Assembly: GCA_030248215.1 (NCBI GenBank)
Contig: JASANG010001402.1
Span: 372,001-436,000, forward strand
Source of the DNA: Enoplolaimus lenunculus
Taxonomy: Eukaryota
Direction of reading: 5' to 3'
Length of the DNA: 64,000 nucleotides
Each line of letters begins with the position of its first letter. Within the stretch, counting starts at the first letter, position 1. Below, piece by piece: positions 13,801 to 28,800 of the stretch. Made by a program: the position numbers and the translations under genes. Below the pieces are notes generated by a model, which saw only the letters and a program-made list of their open reading frames with translations, was not told the DNA's origin and made no database searches.

Positions 13801-16800
13801 GCTAGTCGGTTGTAGAGAAAAGTTTTGATTGTTATGTTTTATGGGGATGATCGCCTTCGTTTTAGGATACGACCCGCCGGCTCGGGCGATCATCCCCATA
13901 AAACATAACATGGTGACATGGTCACCATGTTATGTTTTATCGGGATGATCGCCCGAGCCGGCGGGTCGTATCCTAAAACTAAGGCGATCATCCCCATAAA
14001 ACATAACATTGATAAATTTACACGAGAAGCATACACCTTTTCAACAATTTACTGAAACTTAACCATCGTAACTTTGCTTTACCTTAGGTGGCTTGAACGA
14101 TTCTGGAATATACGAATACCCTTCTCCGCAGCCAGTTGGATCTGCAACGCCTGTTAAATCGAGAAGACACTTTTGTTTCATACACATTATATACGCGCGT
14201 GTTGTATTCCACGGTGCACACTTGACCTAAAAATATAAAACAATAAAATTTACATAATATATTATTGAAAAGTTAGTTACGTGCAATCACTCGTTTAGCA
14301 AAGGCCTTCGCCAAAGCCTAAAAGCATACTATTGGTCGGACTCATACGCTAGCAAACTCGCATATACAACTTAGCTTAACGCTTGCATCGTCTAAACACT
14401 GCAGAGTCTTAACAGCAACTATATTTCACAGGAAGCAGGAACAGAACAAGAACCGAAACAAAAATTGCCAATTTATGGCAGCACCGAATTACTTCTAACA
14501 GGCTGTGATTCAAAATGAAATATATTTCGATCGTCGACTGTCGTGCGTTTTCAGTAGCCAGTTTTCCAAGTTATTCAAAAACATGCATCGAGTACTTTAA
14601 AATGCTGAATATTTTCAAGAAAGTTGAGCAAAATTAATCGCCTGCATCCACCGACTACTACCCGACCCATACTCTACTACGGGCATCAATCAAGAAACCC
14701 TTGCAATAAGCGTTCAATTTCTACCAAAACAATCATACCTCATCCTCAATTTTAACCGGATGTTCTTCATCGTCGTCTTCTGGTGTGAAAAAATATTTCT
14801 CTCCGTATCCAGCATCCTGCAAAAATCATAATATTACATAACTTATGATACTTTCTGCACCATTCCTTAATTATTTGAAGCCGAGCGAGATCAACGCAAG
14901 CATTGAGAAATAAAATTGTGAGTACATCACCAGCTAACAGGGTACAAACGGAATTCCGTTCCCAGTATCATCTCCGATTCAAAATAAGTCCCGATTTCGT
15001 TTGTGATTGAAAATTCAATCTTAGTCGGGACAGTAAGCTTCAAATTTTGCGCTTCTTTTTATCGTTCTTACAAGAATAAGTACAAGAAGTTAGGAAACAC
15101 TTTTATAATTTGAAATAATTTCTCAGCTAACAGTCTTTATAACATTAGCAATACAAACCTTAAGCCTTTGCTCTGCGGACACCATACTATGATATGCGCA
15201 GTACATTTCCGGCGTGACCATTGCACGTAGTTCTTCTTGCGATGGCAACCGAAAATCATCACGTAGTGTCCAATAACCGGCATCAGAATCTAACATAAAA
15301 CATACTCGGGTGTAAAAATATTTTTTCTGAGAAGATAAACTCTTAGTGACACCTCAGAGTTAGTTAAATTGGTACGAATCCCGCAATACTAAAAGCGCAT
15401 CTGTAAATTGCTTACAGTAACAAGTACGTCTGGCGTTCGTAAACTGAGGTATGAATAAAGTTAATTTACAGCCACCGACAGAATTAGGAGCATTCGCAAT
15501 CACGTTCCATACTGCGGTTCTCATCACGATTAGTCGTTTCTTGATGGCGATTGCTCGTTTTTAAGCGCAATCGCTCGCAAACGCGATCTGAGCTACTCGC
15601 GTTTACTGAGACCATAACAGCGACATCAACCGTGGTTGCGTAGTATTAATTTTTTGTAAATGCGACTGCAGCCGCGCTTTGAGACGCGACAAGAATGGCG
15701 CCTGTAGACGCGACTGGTCGCATACAAAGAAAATTCATACCGCAATTATGAGGTTACGACTAAAGACGCAGTCGCAATTGTTTCACACTTAATTCTGTCA
15801 TACAAAGCTGCTAATATTTTCCGCGTCAGAACACTTAAATCAACTGATTTAAATCCGCGCGTGTATTCCAAAACACGAACCAGCATTCTTATATGGTTCA
15901 AGCACCTATCACCAGCTAGCAATACATTTTCAATCCATAGATCTAACGCATTATCACCTCACAGTTCGCTTACTTGTTACTCTTTGTTGTATTTCGTTCC
16001 CATAGCGGCGAAAGTCAGCACAAAGCTTCAGCCTTTTCCTAATCCCGCTCTCGGCGTGTTGAGGAAACGCGCGTCTTATATCGTCCATACACACGCGACG
16101 TGGTGTTTCATTAGATGCCCAGAACGCCCGATAAATATGAACCTATAAAATTCAAAATTCGTACTATTCAAATTCAACGAAACCTATAATTTATGTTGTC
16201 AATCAACTTGAATGACAAGAAAAAGAATACACATACAGCTGTATCTACGTTCTGCGTTTATCAATTTGAAACTGTTTTTCATTTAATGCTACGAAGACTG
16301 CATAAAACCAGGCACTTTTGACAATTAATACGACCTGCACCAACACACAAAACTTCAAAATATTACGTTATTCGAAAATAATGATAGCGTCCGTTAAGCT
16401 TAATTTTCATTCGCTAGTCTAAAATTGTAAATTGCATCTTGAATTTGAACGCAGACAAAGTTTGCCAACACATAAATCCAAGCGACTAAACCTACCCGAC
16501 ATTAACTACAGTCACTAGCAATTTCTCGCACTGCTTTACACCTCAAATTCATATACACAAAATTTCTTTACAAAAATTGCAGCAGCAAGCAATATCTGCA
16601 GTTTAAAATTTAACGACCGTTTTTCAACCTCAAATTTACCCGAACCTCCAAAATATACTTCACTAACAATTTGCAATTGTTGCAAATTGCACTTGTATAT
16701 GTAATTCTGAAAACAGAGCAACCACAATTTGACATACCAACAAAAAATCACGAACAAAATGTGTTGCGCGTTTTGAATTTGGTGACGGGACTTCGTACAG

Positions 16801-19800
16801 GGGGCACAGCTGTCCTGTGCAAAATATCGTTGGCACTTGTCGTATAGAATATCCGCTAGCACTCGACCGTATCACAAGGAAATCTGTCGCCGGACACACG
16901 TGTTGATAAACAGGAACACGATACAAGTTGTTTTCTAGCGCCTCAAATGAAAGCAATTTAAATACTTAAATGCTACAATCAAAACCATAGCAGGGCGATT
17001 GTCGGCCTATGCTGGTATTGCAAGTATTCAACCACTTTAGTCAGTTTTCAAAATTTACAAAAATACTTTCCAATAACAATATACTGAATTCATACGAAAA
17101 GCTTGCAGTTGTCGCAAACATTTCCACTCTGACAAGTTGTTACACACAGTTCGACCACTGCGAACCAGAAAAACATACCCTAACTTTATAGAAACACAAA
17201 CTGATCACCAACATGGCTAATCATAATAAACTCTAATGAAGCCTCTGCTGCAATGATCGAGCTAGCGCAGTTCATTCGGTCCATTTTTTTGAAAAATGTG
17301 TTAAACTTGTGGTATTGTTTATTCCGCACCCACTACGCAAATCAGCTTCCAAAACACACGAAAGGGCATGGACCGACCGAGTGAGCAATTGCTTCAATAG
17401 CTGATATTATCACATCCCAGACTTTCAGGTCCACACAGTGACTACCTGTAAGGCTTCGCCCTGCTGCAAACTGCCAAGGAACGGCGGTGAATGAGTGAAC
17501 GCAGTTTCGCCAAAATCAAATTTCGGCTCCGTAATATCCTTACCCGTAGGCTGAAAACAACTTAAATTAATATCAAAAATTAAATAAAGAATATGCTCCA
17601 AAACCTCGATAACGCACGTGTGGCCGCGGCGATCTCGTCGTGCACATTCCGTCAATTTCGTGTTTAGATGTTTTTAAAAAACTTGTATTCTCAAATGCGC
17701 ACTGCACCTATCTCAGTTGAAGACAGGTCTTGTAACTTTAGGATTATTGAATGGCGAAATACTAAACTAAGCGCATTAGTAGCATTAGAGTCGTACCAGT
17801 TATCGATACGTTTTACACTGACGAACTCCTGTAATTGCGAATCTTAAAATTGGCACAAAAGTATGTCTTTTGAGGATATGGGTCCTACTAACAGTTTCGT
17901 GGCATTATAAGTGTTGTGTCGATGCCAGTGTCATACTTAAAACCAACTATTATCCCGAACGCCCATAAAAATTGCTACGACCTTCAGCTACTGAACTTAA
18001 CACATTATCTCAAAGCTAAAGCACTCTTACCCTTTTGTAATAATTTTTAATCTTCGAAGCCATGCCAACATGGCCAAGCAGAGGCGGATGCTCTTCAGAA
18101 TACTCGCACAAAATCAACCTCCCATCGCGTGCGCTTAGGTCTTCTGGTGTTCGCATAAAGAATAACTCGCCGCCACCCAAGTCTTTTCGTTCTTTGTCAC
18201 GAGCCTACAACAGCAAAAACAACAATGTTTGAAATAGCACCACTCAAAGATTAAAAATTGCACTAAAATTTGACTATTTAAATTAAAATTCATTTTACTT
18301 AATTCGCTACAATTTACGGTTATGTGCGTACACGTATGTACCAGCGATGGGCGGTCTCGGTTAAAAAAGCGAGACCGAGACCGAGACCCAACCTACCGAG
18401 AATAAAAGTTCTCCAGTCAATTCAGTTTGCCCAGGACCAAAAACAACATTATAGCTTTGAATTAGGGTTGCACTGAGGTGGTTTTGAGACAGTGGGATTT
18501 GTCCCGAGTCTGTTCGAAGGGTATGGGGACAGTAGCCAAGTGCAAAATAAAGAATAAAGCAAAAAATAATGTTTGGCGGCGATTTATTAGTTTACTAAGA
18601 TATTCGAAACTTTTGTTGAAAAAATCTTACTTGTATTTTCGGTAACGGTTAAAAACTGGCCGAGGGATCCATGATCTCAAAATGGGGAGGGGGGCAAAAT
18701 TTCACAGGTAATAAAATTACTTTTGACTCACACATAAACCACGAACTATTGTCACAAAATTGCTAAGTATATAATTTTTGTCGAGATGCTGTTGGGGGGC
18801 ACGGCCGGGGTGGCCCCCCGTGGATCCGCCATTGCCACCAAGCAGCTGCTGTGAAACAATTTATCTTTAGCTTGGGTATAAACTGCTAATAGTATCATGT
18901 GCGTCGTTAAGATTTTGGAAAGGGGGTCACGTTCTATAAAAATTTCGAAAAGTTTTTCTCGTGTTACCATTTACCAACTAAAAATTCTCAAAACCAACAT
19001 AACAAAAATCCCAAAAAGTCCCTGGAAAGGGATTGGCGGTCTCGGTGTCCGTCTCGCTCTCGGCAAGTCTCAGGCTTTGGCTGGTCTCGGTCTCACTTTT
19101 TTCAGTCTCGTTGGTTTGCCAACCGAGACCAAAGAGGTGAAAAAGCGATAAGCAATGACAAAAATGTTTCTTGGATCGCAGCTTTGGTCCGGAAGTACTT
19201 GCACATTTCGCCCACCAATACAGATAACAAACGATTGTGGAGCACCGCTACCTGGTTATACAGCGATTTGAGAGCAGAATAACCCCCTAGGTTACCCCAA
19301 ATTCTACTTTTTGAAAGAAAACCCAAAACACTTTGATTTTATTGCGACAAAGCACAAATAGTTGCATTTTCGCGTTTAAAACATTTAAGGCGTGTAAAAA
19401 ATTATGGGTCATCATCCGCATTTATAACGTCAAATCTATGTTAACAAATTCTTTGCTCGGGACCAAAATCAGGACTATAGCTCGAAGGGTATGGGGAAAG
19501 TAGCCAAGTGAAAAATAAAGTAAAAAAATAAAGTTTGGCGGCGATTTATTAGTTTAATTGTATGAAACGGCAATTCAGAGCAGAGAAATAATGTTGAAAA
19601 CTTTGTTAAAAACCTTACTTCCATTTTCTAGAACGGTTAAAAATAGACAGAGACCTAAACAAGAATCTCGGTCTCGATAGGTTGGGCCTCGGTCTCGCTT
19701 TTTTGACTGAGACCGCTCACCCCTGCCCCTGGCTACGCACTTGACTCATATCCACAAACCGAATGTTACGTTCAGAAACGATTCCAGCACCCACCCCCAT

Positions 19801-22800
19801 TCACAAAAATGCGTTCACGTAACCAGCACAGTAGACTGCACCCGAGCCTTAAGCCAAACCACTACTCCAACAAAATACTTGTACTACAACTACAACAACC
19901 CAATCTGAAACCATTCAAAATACCGTACACTTTCTTTCGCCGCAATATTCTCCGTAAGCGACGACATGGAATGGAACGGCTGTTCGGGTGCAAAGCGTTT
20001 GACGGCCGAATAATGAACTGCGGCGAACGGACCACGTTTAGGCGGTCCCAATACAGGGCGATGGAACTGCCGTAGAGCGGCCGGTTTCAGGTACGTCGGG
20101 AAAAATAGTGGATAAATGTTTGAGGCCGGTGTAGAATGCTGAAACGAGCAAAAAATGTATTTCAGGTCAACCTATTAAGTAAATATTAAAGATTCTTAAT
20201 ATAACATTGAGAAAGAAAACAACGTAAATTCGGTATATTCATTTATTTATCACGAAATATACCAGGGTGCAACCGCAATTCCGATTCCGATTAGAATTCC
20301 GTTTTCAGTTTCGCAACCTGAGACTTTTCAAAAGCTGAGACAGAGACTGAGACTTGGGCTGAGACTACGCGAGTCTCAGGAATTTTCGAGACTTCAGATT
20401 GAGACTGACATTGAAACTTCCGTCATATAAAGTAGTGAATTACGGCTTTACTACAACTTCTCACGCTGTAAAAATGAAAAACTGTTTCAGTGTACCATAA
20501 CTCGTTGGTTAAGGCATTCAAATCATGCTAAAAGTAATCTTAGTTTTTCATAATTTTAATGTCACCCAGCGTTGTCCGGCGCCATAAATCACCGTACGCA
20601 AATTGCCATACGGAACCGCAACTAATTTATTAATATTTTTTGACTTGTGGGGCCACAAGTAGGGCGAACCAATATAACTCACTTGTAGATACCCTCCACG
20701 GATAGCTGCAAGACTTGCTGAACTTCGCGGAAGGTAATATTCATCGTTCGATAAATTGAATGGGTCTTTCGTTGCGACATCGCCGTCTGCAAAGCAGTTA
20801 TTCAAATTAGGAGCCGGCAATCTCAAAATATGTCTAACAGTGATATATGTATTCAAATTAGGAGCCGGCAATCTCAAAATATGTCTAACAGTGATATATG
20901 ATACAGTAATTCAGGATACCGTGAATAAAATTCTAAAACAACTTTCTTCTCTCTTCTGTCAAAAGGCTCAGATTCTCTCTCAAACTTTAACGTTTTAGTG
21001 TTAATCGCTCAAATCCTTCGCCACTCCAAAATCATACTGAACCCTTCTGCAAATATTCAAAATTGGAAAACGTTTACATTAACATCATGACTCACCTTGA
21101 GCATCTTTATCATCAGCGTCATCAAAACGACGCCGTCCACTGCCAGACCCACTTCCACCGCCTGTAAAGCGACCAGCAATCATCTGAGACTTCTTTGTAA
21201 ACTGATTATCCTAAAACCAAGTTCCAAAATGGTATGTCCTGCGCGAGCAAACAGCGTATTTCAGCCTAAACCCAAAAATTTTAAAACAATAAAGGTCTCT
21301 TATACAAATTTCTCAAATAAAACAACTGGTTTCTATGATCCTTTTCGAAAGAAAGTAGTTAAATACAAAAATATGTATAACAATAGCTCGTGCCTCACCA
21401 CCGAAATGTTTTTCTTACTAAGCCAGTGGTTTCGACTTACTTTTCTCGACCCACCGTCTGTTCCAGCTTTGGCAGGTGAATCTTCCGTTTCGGCACCAGG
21501 CTCACCTTCTCCTACAATGCCACTTTCCGCAACAGGTTTATCTTCAGGCAACGTTAATATAACGTCTTCATCCGTGAGATCAAATGTTAAAATTGCCGGT
21601 TCAGGCAAAACGTCCATAGCCTAAAAACAATGTATGTATACTATACAGTTGTTAACGCAATTAATGCTAATTTTCAAGAAAAAATACGTAAACAAAAATA
21701 TAAGACCCATGTTTTGAACCTCGAACGAAAAATGTGTCTTTTATCTGAATACAGTATCAGGAGAATAGAAATACAAGGTGCAATCTTTAATGTAATTTAT
21801 TTCGACGAAGAGAGGAAATAGTAAAGGCACCATCTGGCGATCCTACCAGAAAAAACTTACAATGTATCGGCCTGTATAACTTAGTATCACAATAACAACA
21901 ACCACAACAACAACAACAACAACAACGATAAAAATAATATAATTCCGAGCACATTACCAATAAGTATATTTTGTGTGAAAGTATACCACATTATACATAT
22001 CAAACCCTAGTATAAAGCAACAGGTTGGTTTTAAACTATCCCCAAAATCGCACGTAAATACACTACACTGACACAAGGCACAAACCAATCTATCTCGGCT
22101 AACAAACTTCAGGCAGCTTTACCTCCGGATCCCAAATAATCTCATCTTCCCACCGTCGCGATACAAAATCAATATTTTCCGGTGGGAAAACACAAAACGC
22201 CGGCGTAGGTTCGCCTCCTGTTTCTGAGCCGGCGCTGACTTCGAACGCCGCAGCATTAAACCCGGAAGTTCCCGCACACGAACTAGACGGCTGCATTGAA
22301 TTTGCAGCACTGCTGCTGCTGCTACCACCAAGCAACTGACTAAAACCGCCGCTTTTCACTGAAATTTGAACAATGTCAAGATTGAAAAACATTCAACCAC
22401 AATGGAATAAAATTGCCAGAAATAAACACAGAAATTCACTAAACCCCAGCTCTTCGGTCGCAAGATACATAATTGGCCATGTTAATTATAAAGGCCAGCT
22501 AACTAAATCTAAGACTAAACCTAAGCCTAAGCCTAAACCTACGGCTGAACGTAAGCTTAAATATAAACCTAATTTTAATCCCAACCCTAAGCCTCCCAGT
22601 CTCTAGGACTAGTCTTCAAATATCCCAAAGACAGGCGCCTATAGTTAATATTGGCCAGTAATTAAATACAATAAAAATTGCAATCAACGTAATGCCAAAT
22701 TAAATACAAACTCTCAATCACCAATTCGAGTTAATCTAGATAATGAAGCGTCAGCTCAGACTTTCAGATCTTTGTGCAGCGATAGCTTATTGGAAATCTA

Positions 22801-25800
22801 TCCAAAAAATAACTGGTCCCCAAATACAAAATTCCCAAATTTTTATCAACCCCTCAATCAAAATCGGAACTTATTTCGAACCGTAACGCTAACCAAAGCC
22901 AAAATTTTCATTGCATTCTGTCTTGCGAACAGCTAATAACCATCCAATTCCAGCCATAATGCCAGTAAAAAATTCGGAAACTTTTCATGCTATTCCAAAA
23001 ACTACAACTTGGCTCGTTACACAGAAGTGCGCAGTAGTTTTAGGAGTCAAAACCCCTATTAAAATTTTTATTAAGGAATTTTTAGATCCTTTTTCAGTTT
23101 GTAACACAATACAAGTCAAATCGAAATTTTCATACAAAGTAACCTCTCTTTACAAAATCCTGGTATAGCGGCACAATTTAACTACTTACACATAGTCATG
23201 AATTGTTGATAGGTCCTCGTTTGTTGAGTTGGAATCCATCCGCAGATAGGTTGCTTACCAGCAGCCAAGCGTGACAACATTTCATCGCGATACTCGTCGC
23301 CGTCGTAAATAATATCGTCTTCCCAGCGAATCTAATATAATTTATGGATTACATAGCCAAGAAAACAACTGTTGACAATGATCGATTCTTGTTCTGGAAT
23401 TCAAATACGCCCAAAAACAAGCTTCTTCCAATGAAAACCTGCGAATCTTGAAGTTAAAATAATGTGACCAAAGCAAATTATTACTGCTACAATGCATAGA
23501 AAGATGGTTAAACTAACCTGATTAAAAAGTAAGTAGCATTGCTCTGGATCAACTGCTGGTTTCAACGCCGCAAGTTCTTTAGCTTCGGCTGTCCTGGTAG
23601 TTTCCTAAAAAACGCCAATATTTTATAACCAAACCGATCAAAGTTAAGCTAAGCAAAAATTTCAACAAGGTTTTAATTTAGTCACTATAACTTCCACTAC
23701 AATCAGGGCGATATTTACCCGAACAAAAATTTACTCATCTCAAACAATAATTCTTTCCTATCAATTATTTAATACGTCGCTAACAAAAAGTGTGATAATC
23801 TTCTGAAAAAGGATGTAAATTTTGTATTCTCAGATAAAGCTGTGCTTTCAAAACTTTACATTTTCGTCATTTAATTGTTCGCCCTGCTTACAACAGGTAA
23901 TTTCCCTAAGTCTTTCTCAAAAATTTCAATCAAGGAATGAAAGATATCGAATGCCAAAACCTATTTTCTAGTTAAGTACTTACATCTTTCAATTTGAACC
24001 CAAGCGCACCAGCGTAACCACCGTTTGCTTCGATTTCAGTCGGCGACGAAGGCACACCGTACAAATCGTACCAGTACGAGGCGGGTCCAAACCGCCATGC
24101 TGCAATTGCTGCACGCCTCTCAGCTGTGGTCTGTTGGGCGGATGCAGCATAGCTACGGCTTCGTGAATTCGCCCATCCTTCAGGATTTGGAGTCGTAGAT
24201 ATTCCTGCATTTGGACCTGATGCCGACAATGCCCGGTTCCTTGCTTCACGCCGTATCCGTTCACTTCGTTCTGCGATAGTTTCCGGTCGAAGTTGTAAAA
24301 TCTACAAATATTTATAGGCACATATCAGCCATACTTTAAAAACTAACAATGAACAAACCGACTTTTCAAATTTCAACAACCATTTAACTCTATAAAATTT
24401 GGGATCGCCCCCAAGAGAGGAAGGGCAGTCAACTCCATTTTATTTATAGCATGAAAATAATAGTTCGGTCAGCCGTAAAAATGCTTAGAGCGAGCGATGG
24501 CAATACCACATACCACCTACTGTTAACCGGGGACCCCATCATCATCTGAATACCAAGTAAACTCAGGTGCAAACTTAGACTTCTGATTCCAAAAATAGCG
24601 ATCAATCTACATATACCTAATCTCAATATTTCAATCGACTATACAAAAACCTACCCCCGGTTCTCAGAGAAAACTTACAATAATGATTATGCCAAACAAT
24701 CAACAAAGGTATTACCCATAAACCCCAATGAACACAAATTCCTTACCTCTTCATCGATTTCACATTCCTCCATTGATGGTGGCGCTAATTTCTCGAAATC
24801 CAGCCGAAAATCATCGCTTTCCATTATTGTTTGAATAGCATCAACAGCTGCTAAAACGAAAATACAACGCAATGCACAAAGGTTAAAATTAAAAATACCA
24901 TTACAACAAAACCCACAAACGAATAAAATGTCACATAGCTATATACCAAACAAATAATTGCGAAAGATGTATTGCACACTCATCAAAAGTGAACCGACTG
25001 AAATAAAAACTAGTCAACGCAGTAGCCATATTATTTGAACACAAACATGCGCAAGACGTATCTCGAACGTTATCGCCGAAACGTAAACAGCTTGTAGCTC
25101 CACAAATGTTATCATCTAACCTAACAAGGCACAGTTTCAACAAGCCCGATTATCAGTATTTTACAACAATCTATTCACAACGCACCAAGCTCAATAACCT
25201 AAATGCCTTCCGCCCAATTACAAAACTTCAGAATCTTTACCGTTTGTTTCAGCTTCAGAAACAGGGGGTCTTTTCGACCCAAAATTCAGCTCCTTGGATC
25301 GTTCGTGCAAAGCTTCGATTTCAGTCCCTTGAACTTCTACCGCACCGCCATCCCCGGGACCTACTTCTCCTGTTTCTTGTTTACCACCAACAAGATTACT
25401 GCCCTCATCAAGTGGCTCTATTCCCATATCACTAACAAATGGTTTCACTTCTTGCCCATTTTCACCGTTGTCCGTAACTTCTGCAATGTTAAATTTTCCT
25501 TCGTTCTTTACACCGTCCTGCCTAGAATTACTCTGCAGCTCAACAGCTTTTTCGCTAACATCACGATTATCCAATAATTCAATGTTTGACTTCTCTATTG
25601 GTTGTTCCGAGACAACACTAGCTTGCGACTTTTGCTCTTCGTTCTGCTGTGTTTGGTGCTCTTCCTTTGCTTGTTGTTTTTCTTGTTCCTTTTGTTGTTG
25701 TTGCTGCTGCTGTTGTCGTTGCTTTTCTTGCATTTTCTTAAGTCGAGCTGAATGAGCACTGCGCCATATCTGCGGCTCGCTGTTCGATTTCAATGCACCA

Positions 25801-28800
25801 AACAGCCGATTAAATCGAAGTACCTAAAAATAAAAAAATAATTAAATATTTTAAAATCGGCAAATTGGCTATAAATCTTAAAGTTCCGAAAAACTAAGCC
25901 GATCAATTTTTCTTTTTCCTGTGCCTTTTGTATGTCTTTATGATCATTTTATTTTACATACTTACTCTTACTTTTATACAGTAACAGCTTTTGCTTACAG
26001 TCATACATTCCAATTTACCTTTCCTTTCTTGAATTCCGGAAAGAAACATCTAACATCCATATCTCGATACTGGTCTGGAAGTATGTTTGCCAGCGGATTA
26101 TGACTTTCGGTATCACATTTTTTACCCGATGCGCCATACCCGGTTGAATCTTGTGCTCCGCTATATGGCGGATAACTGCTATCTCGCATCTGAAACATAA
26201 AGCTAAGAAATATGTCAACCCCTAGGCATTTCCTCGGTTGTGGCAAAATAGCACCTACCATTAAACTATTTATTGTTTGTGGGTCTCGCTACTGGGTATG
26301 GTTGTTTTTGACAATGTGCTTTGTTGTAAGAACACCTAAACACTCTCACTGGCTAGTGGATCTGACGCTTAATTAAAAATTCTGCAACCCTCATACTCCG
26401 AAAGCTCCTCCCGGTTGCGAACCGGGGGCCAACCGGCTGATATCCCACTCCACCGTGACCCAGGGAATGCCCAGTATTTCTGAGCTAAATTACGTAGACC
26501 GTGAGTGATTAAACGATTAGTTGCGAATTTTACTTGCAAAATTATGCAATAGGCCACAGTAATTAAGTACACCAGGACGAAATAAGTAACACCAAAACCA
26601 TAACTAGTACAAGTTGTTAAGCAGAGTATTATAAAGTTAAGCGTAAGTTGCTAGGCAAAGAATTATGAAGTTATTGAGCGAACCTTAGAGTTTCGCGAAG
26701 CGTTTTATATTTTGTGCTGGGGGTCGAAAGTTGGATGTCCGCCCGTCCGTCCGTCCGTCTTTCCGAAAAGTATCTTAGGAACCTCAGAACCGATTTGGAT
26801 AAACTTTTTGTGTTTGAATGCCTGGCATCCTGGGGTGGTAACCGCGCACTGGTGTTTTATAATGTTACGCTGTTTATTAGCTACACGCTAATTTGCATAA
26901 TTGGTTTAAGCCTAAATTGTTTGCAAACCTCCAAAACCGATAAATGAATAGTTATCTAGTAACTAATTTGCATATTAGCATAATTGATAAGCCTAAATTA
27001 GGACTTTTTGTAATATGCACTACGTACTAAAGTTACTGACGGGTTTTTGGGTGCGCGAAATCTGAATAAATTGTTTACAAACCTCCAAAACCGATAATAA
27101 ATTGTTAGCTAATAAGTAGTTTGTATTTGCATATTAGCTTAATTTGCTAAGTGTGTTCGAGCTTTGCTCAATACATGTAGTCCCACTACTACTGGTTATA
27201 ATGCTAATTCATTCACTCATGTAATTAACATCCGGCACCGGCATATTTTCCCGTGCTCTGCTTCGCATTTTCTAGCATTTGGTCTCACTCACCGTAGCCT
27301 ATACCCAAACTAAAACAAACAAAACACATCTACCCTACATCCACCAACATACCGCTCCTTGCAAATCTGACTTATTGCTCGCGTTTTCACTATAATACTC
27401 AGCTTCAGCTTGACGGATCTCGTCCAACAAATACACGATATCCTCGCCATGATAATCACTACTTGTTGTATTGTCACTCGGACCATTCCCATTCTCATCA
27501 ATCATTTCTGTGTCCACCTGTAGGGCTGCACCTAACATCTCTTGTTCAAGTTCGTTGAGGTCGATGCTCGATTCCGACCCAGCGGAAGTTGAGTCTTCCG
27601 GATCAGACCCTAATGACGAGCCGTGATCACTAGTCCAAGCACCACTACGACGCACTGGAGCGATCACCGCTGGAGGTGGCGAGTTAAAATTGGCTCCTAA
27701 AACAAAACCCGAATTGACGCATGAGCGGCATAACAAATATTTTTAAACATTGCGACCGCCCCACTCACCAACTATAACTCCCCTGTTGCACGGTCCATCG
27801 ATTGAAACGGTTTAGCATCAACTATTTAGCCCACGTATAGAAGAGGGTCGGATCGTTTTCCGGAGGGGCTATAATAGAGTCCGTTTAAGCTTTAGACTAA
27901 TCTTTTTGCTTAGGCTGATGCTTAGGCTTAGGAATACCATACGCTTAGGCTTAGGCGTAGGAATATGCTTATACTACTGTTCCGGCCCTGTTCTATACAT
28001 GGTCCAACTAGTTTGTCTTTGATACATGGGGCGTTTTTGCGTCCGACCCGATCAACTTTTCCCACAGTATGGCAATGTATATATCGCATTCAGAACACAC
28101 CTATCCTCCTAGCAACCAACTAGTTCCAAACTGGATCTTAAATTCCATGAGATCCATCTAAATAGAAATAGGTGCTACACATACTTAAAAATTAATACCA
28201 ACCCGTTTGAAAAACTCGCTTACCTCGATGTTCATCAGTTTCATCATCATCAAGTATCGTTTGTGTAATATCAAACATTTCGTTACTGTTTGAATTTTCT
28301 GTAAATAAATAAATAAATAAATAATGGTTGAGACTTGAGACAAACATTACGAACAGAAACATATAATTCTTCTACTCCTACCAATAATACAACGTAAATA
28401 TTAACACTGTAGAAAAAGTTTCTCAGCTGTTACAGTGTTAATTCCTGGACAACACTCAGATAACAAAATGACAAACTCAGCTACGTAACCAGAAATTTGA
28501 GAGACAAGTTTCAATTGTTGCTTACGATATCGGCCTTCAAACACTATTGCGGCGATTATCCTCTTGACCTGGTCGGGTATTTAGAAACATTTTAATACAG
28601 ATTTCGCATACCAACCGACGTAATCAAACTATGCCGCAATACCCTTGAATATTATAACTCACATCTGCTGAACAATATATATTAACAAGACTTTCGGAAT
28701 AACATCAAAGTTACTCTGAGATTTCACCTCAAGTTTGATAGCCATCACAACTACAGTCGACACCGCCAGGGTGGCAACAAAAGGTTCGGATCGGATTCGG

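Noticed and set aside
21211..21267. Alternative upstream TAF1 acceptor at 21266
   Set aside because: It would add 55 nt and shift the frame; the 21211 acceptor keeps it.
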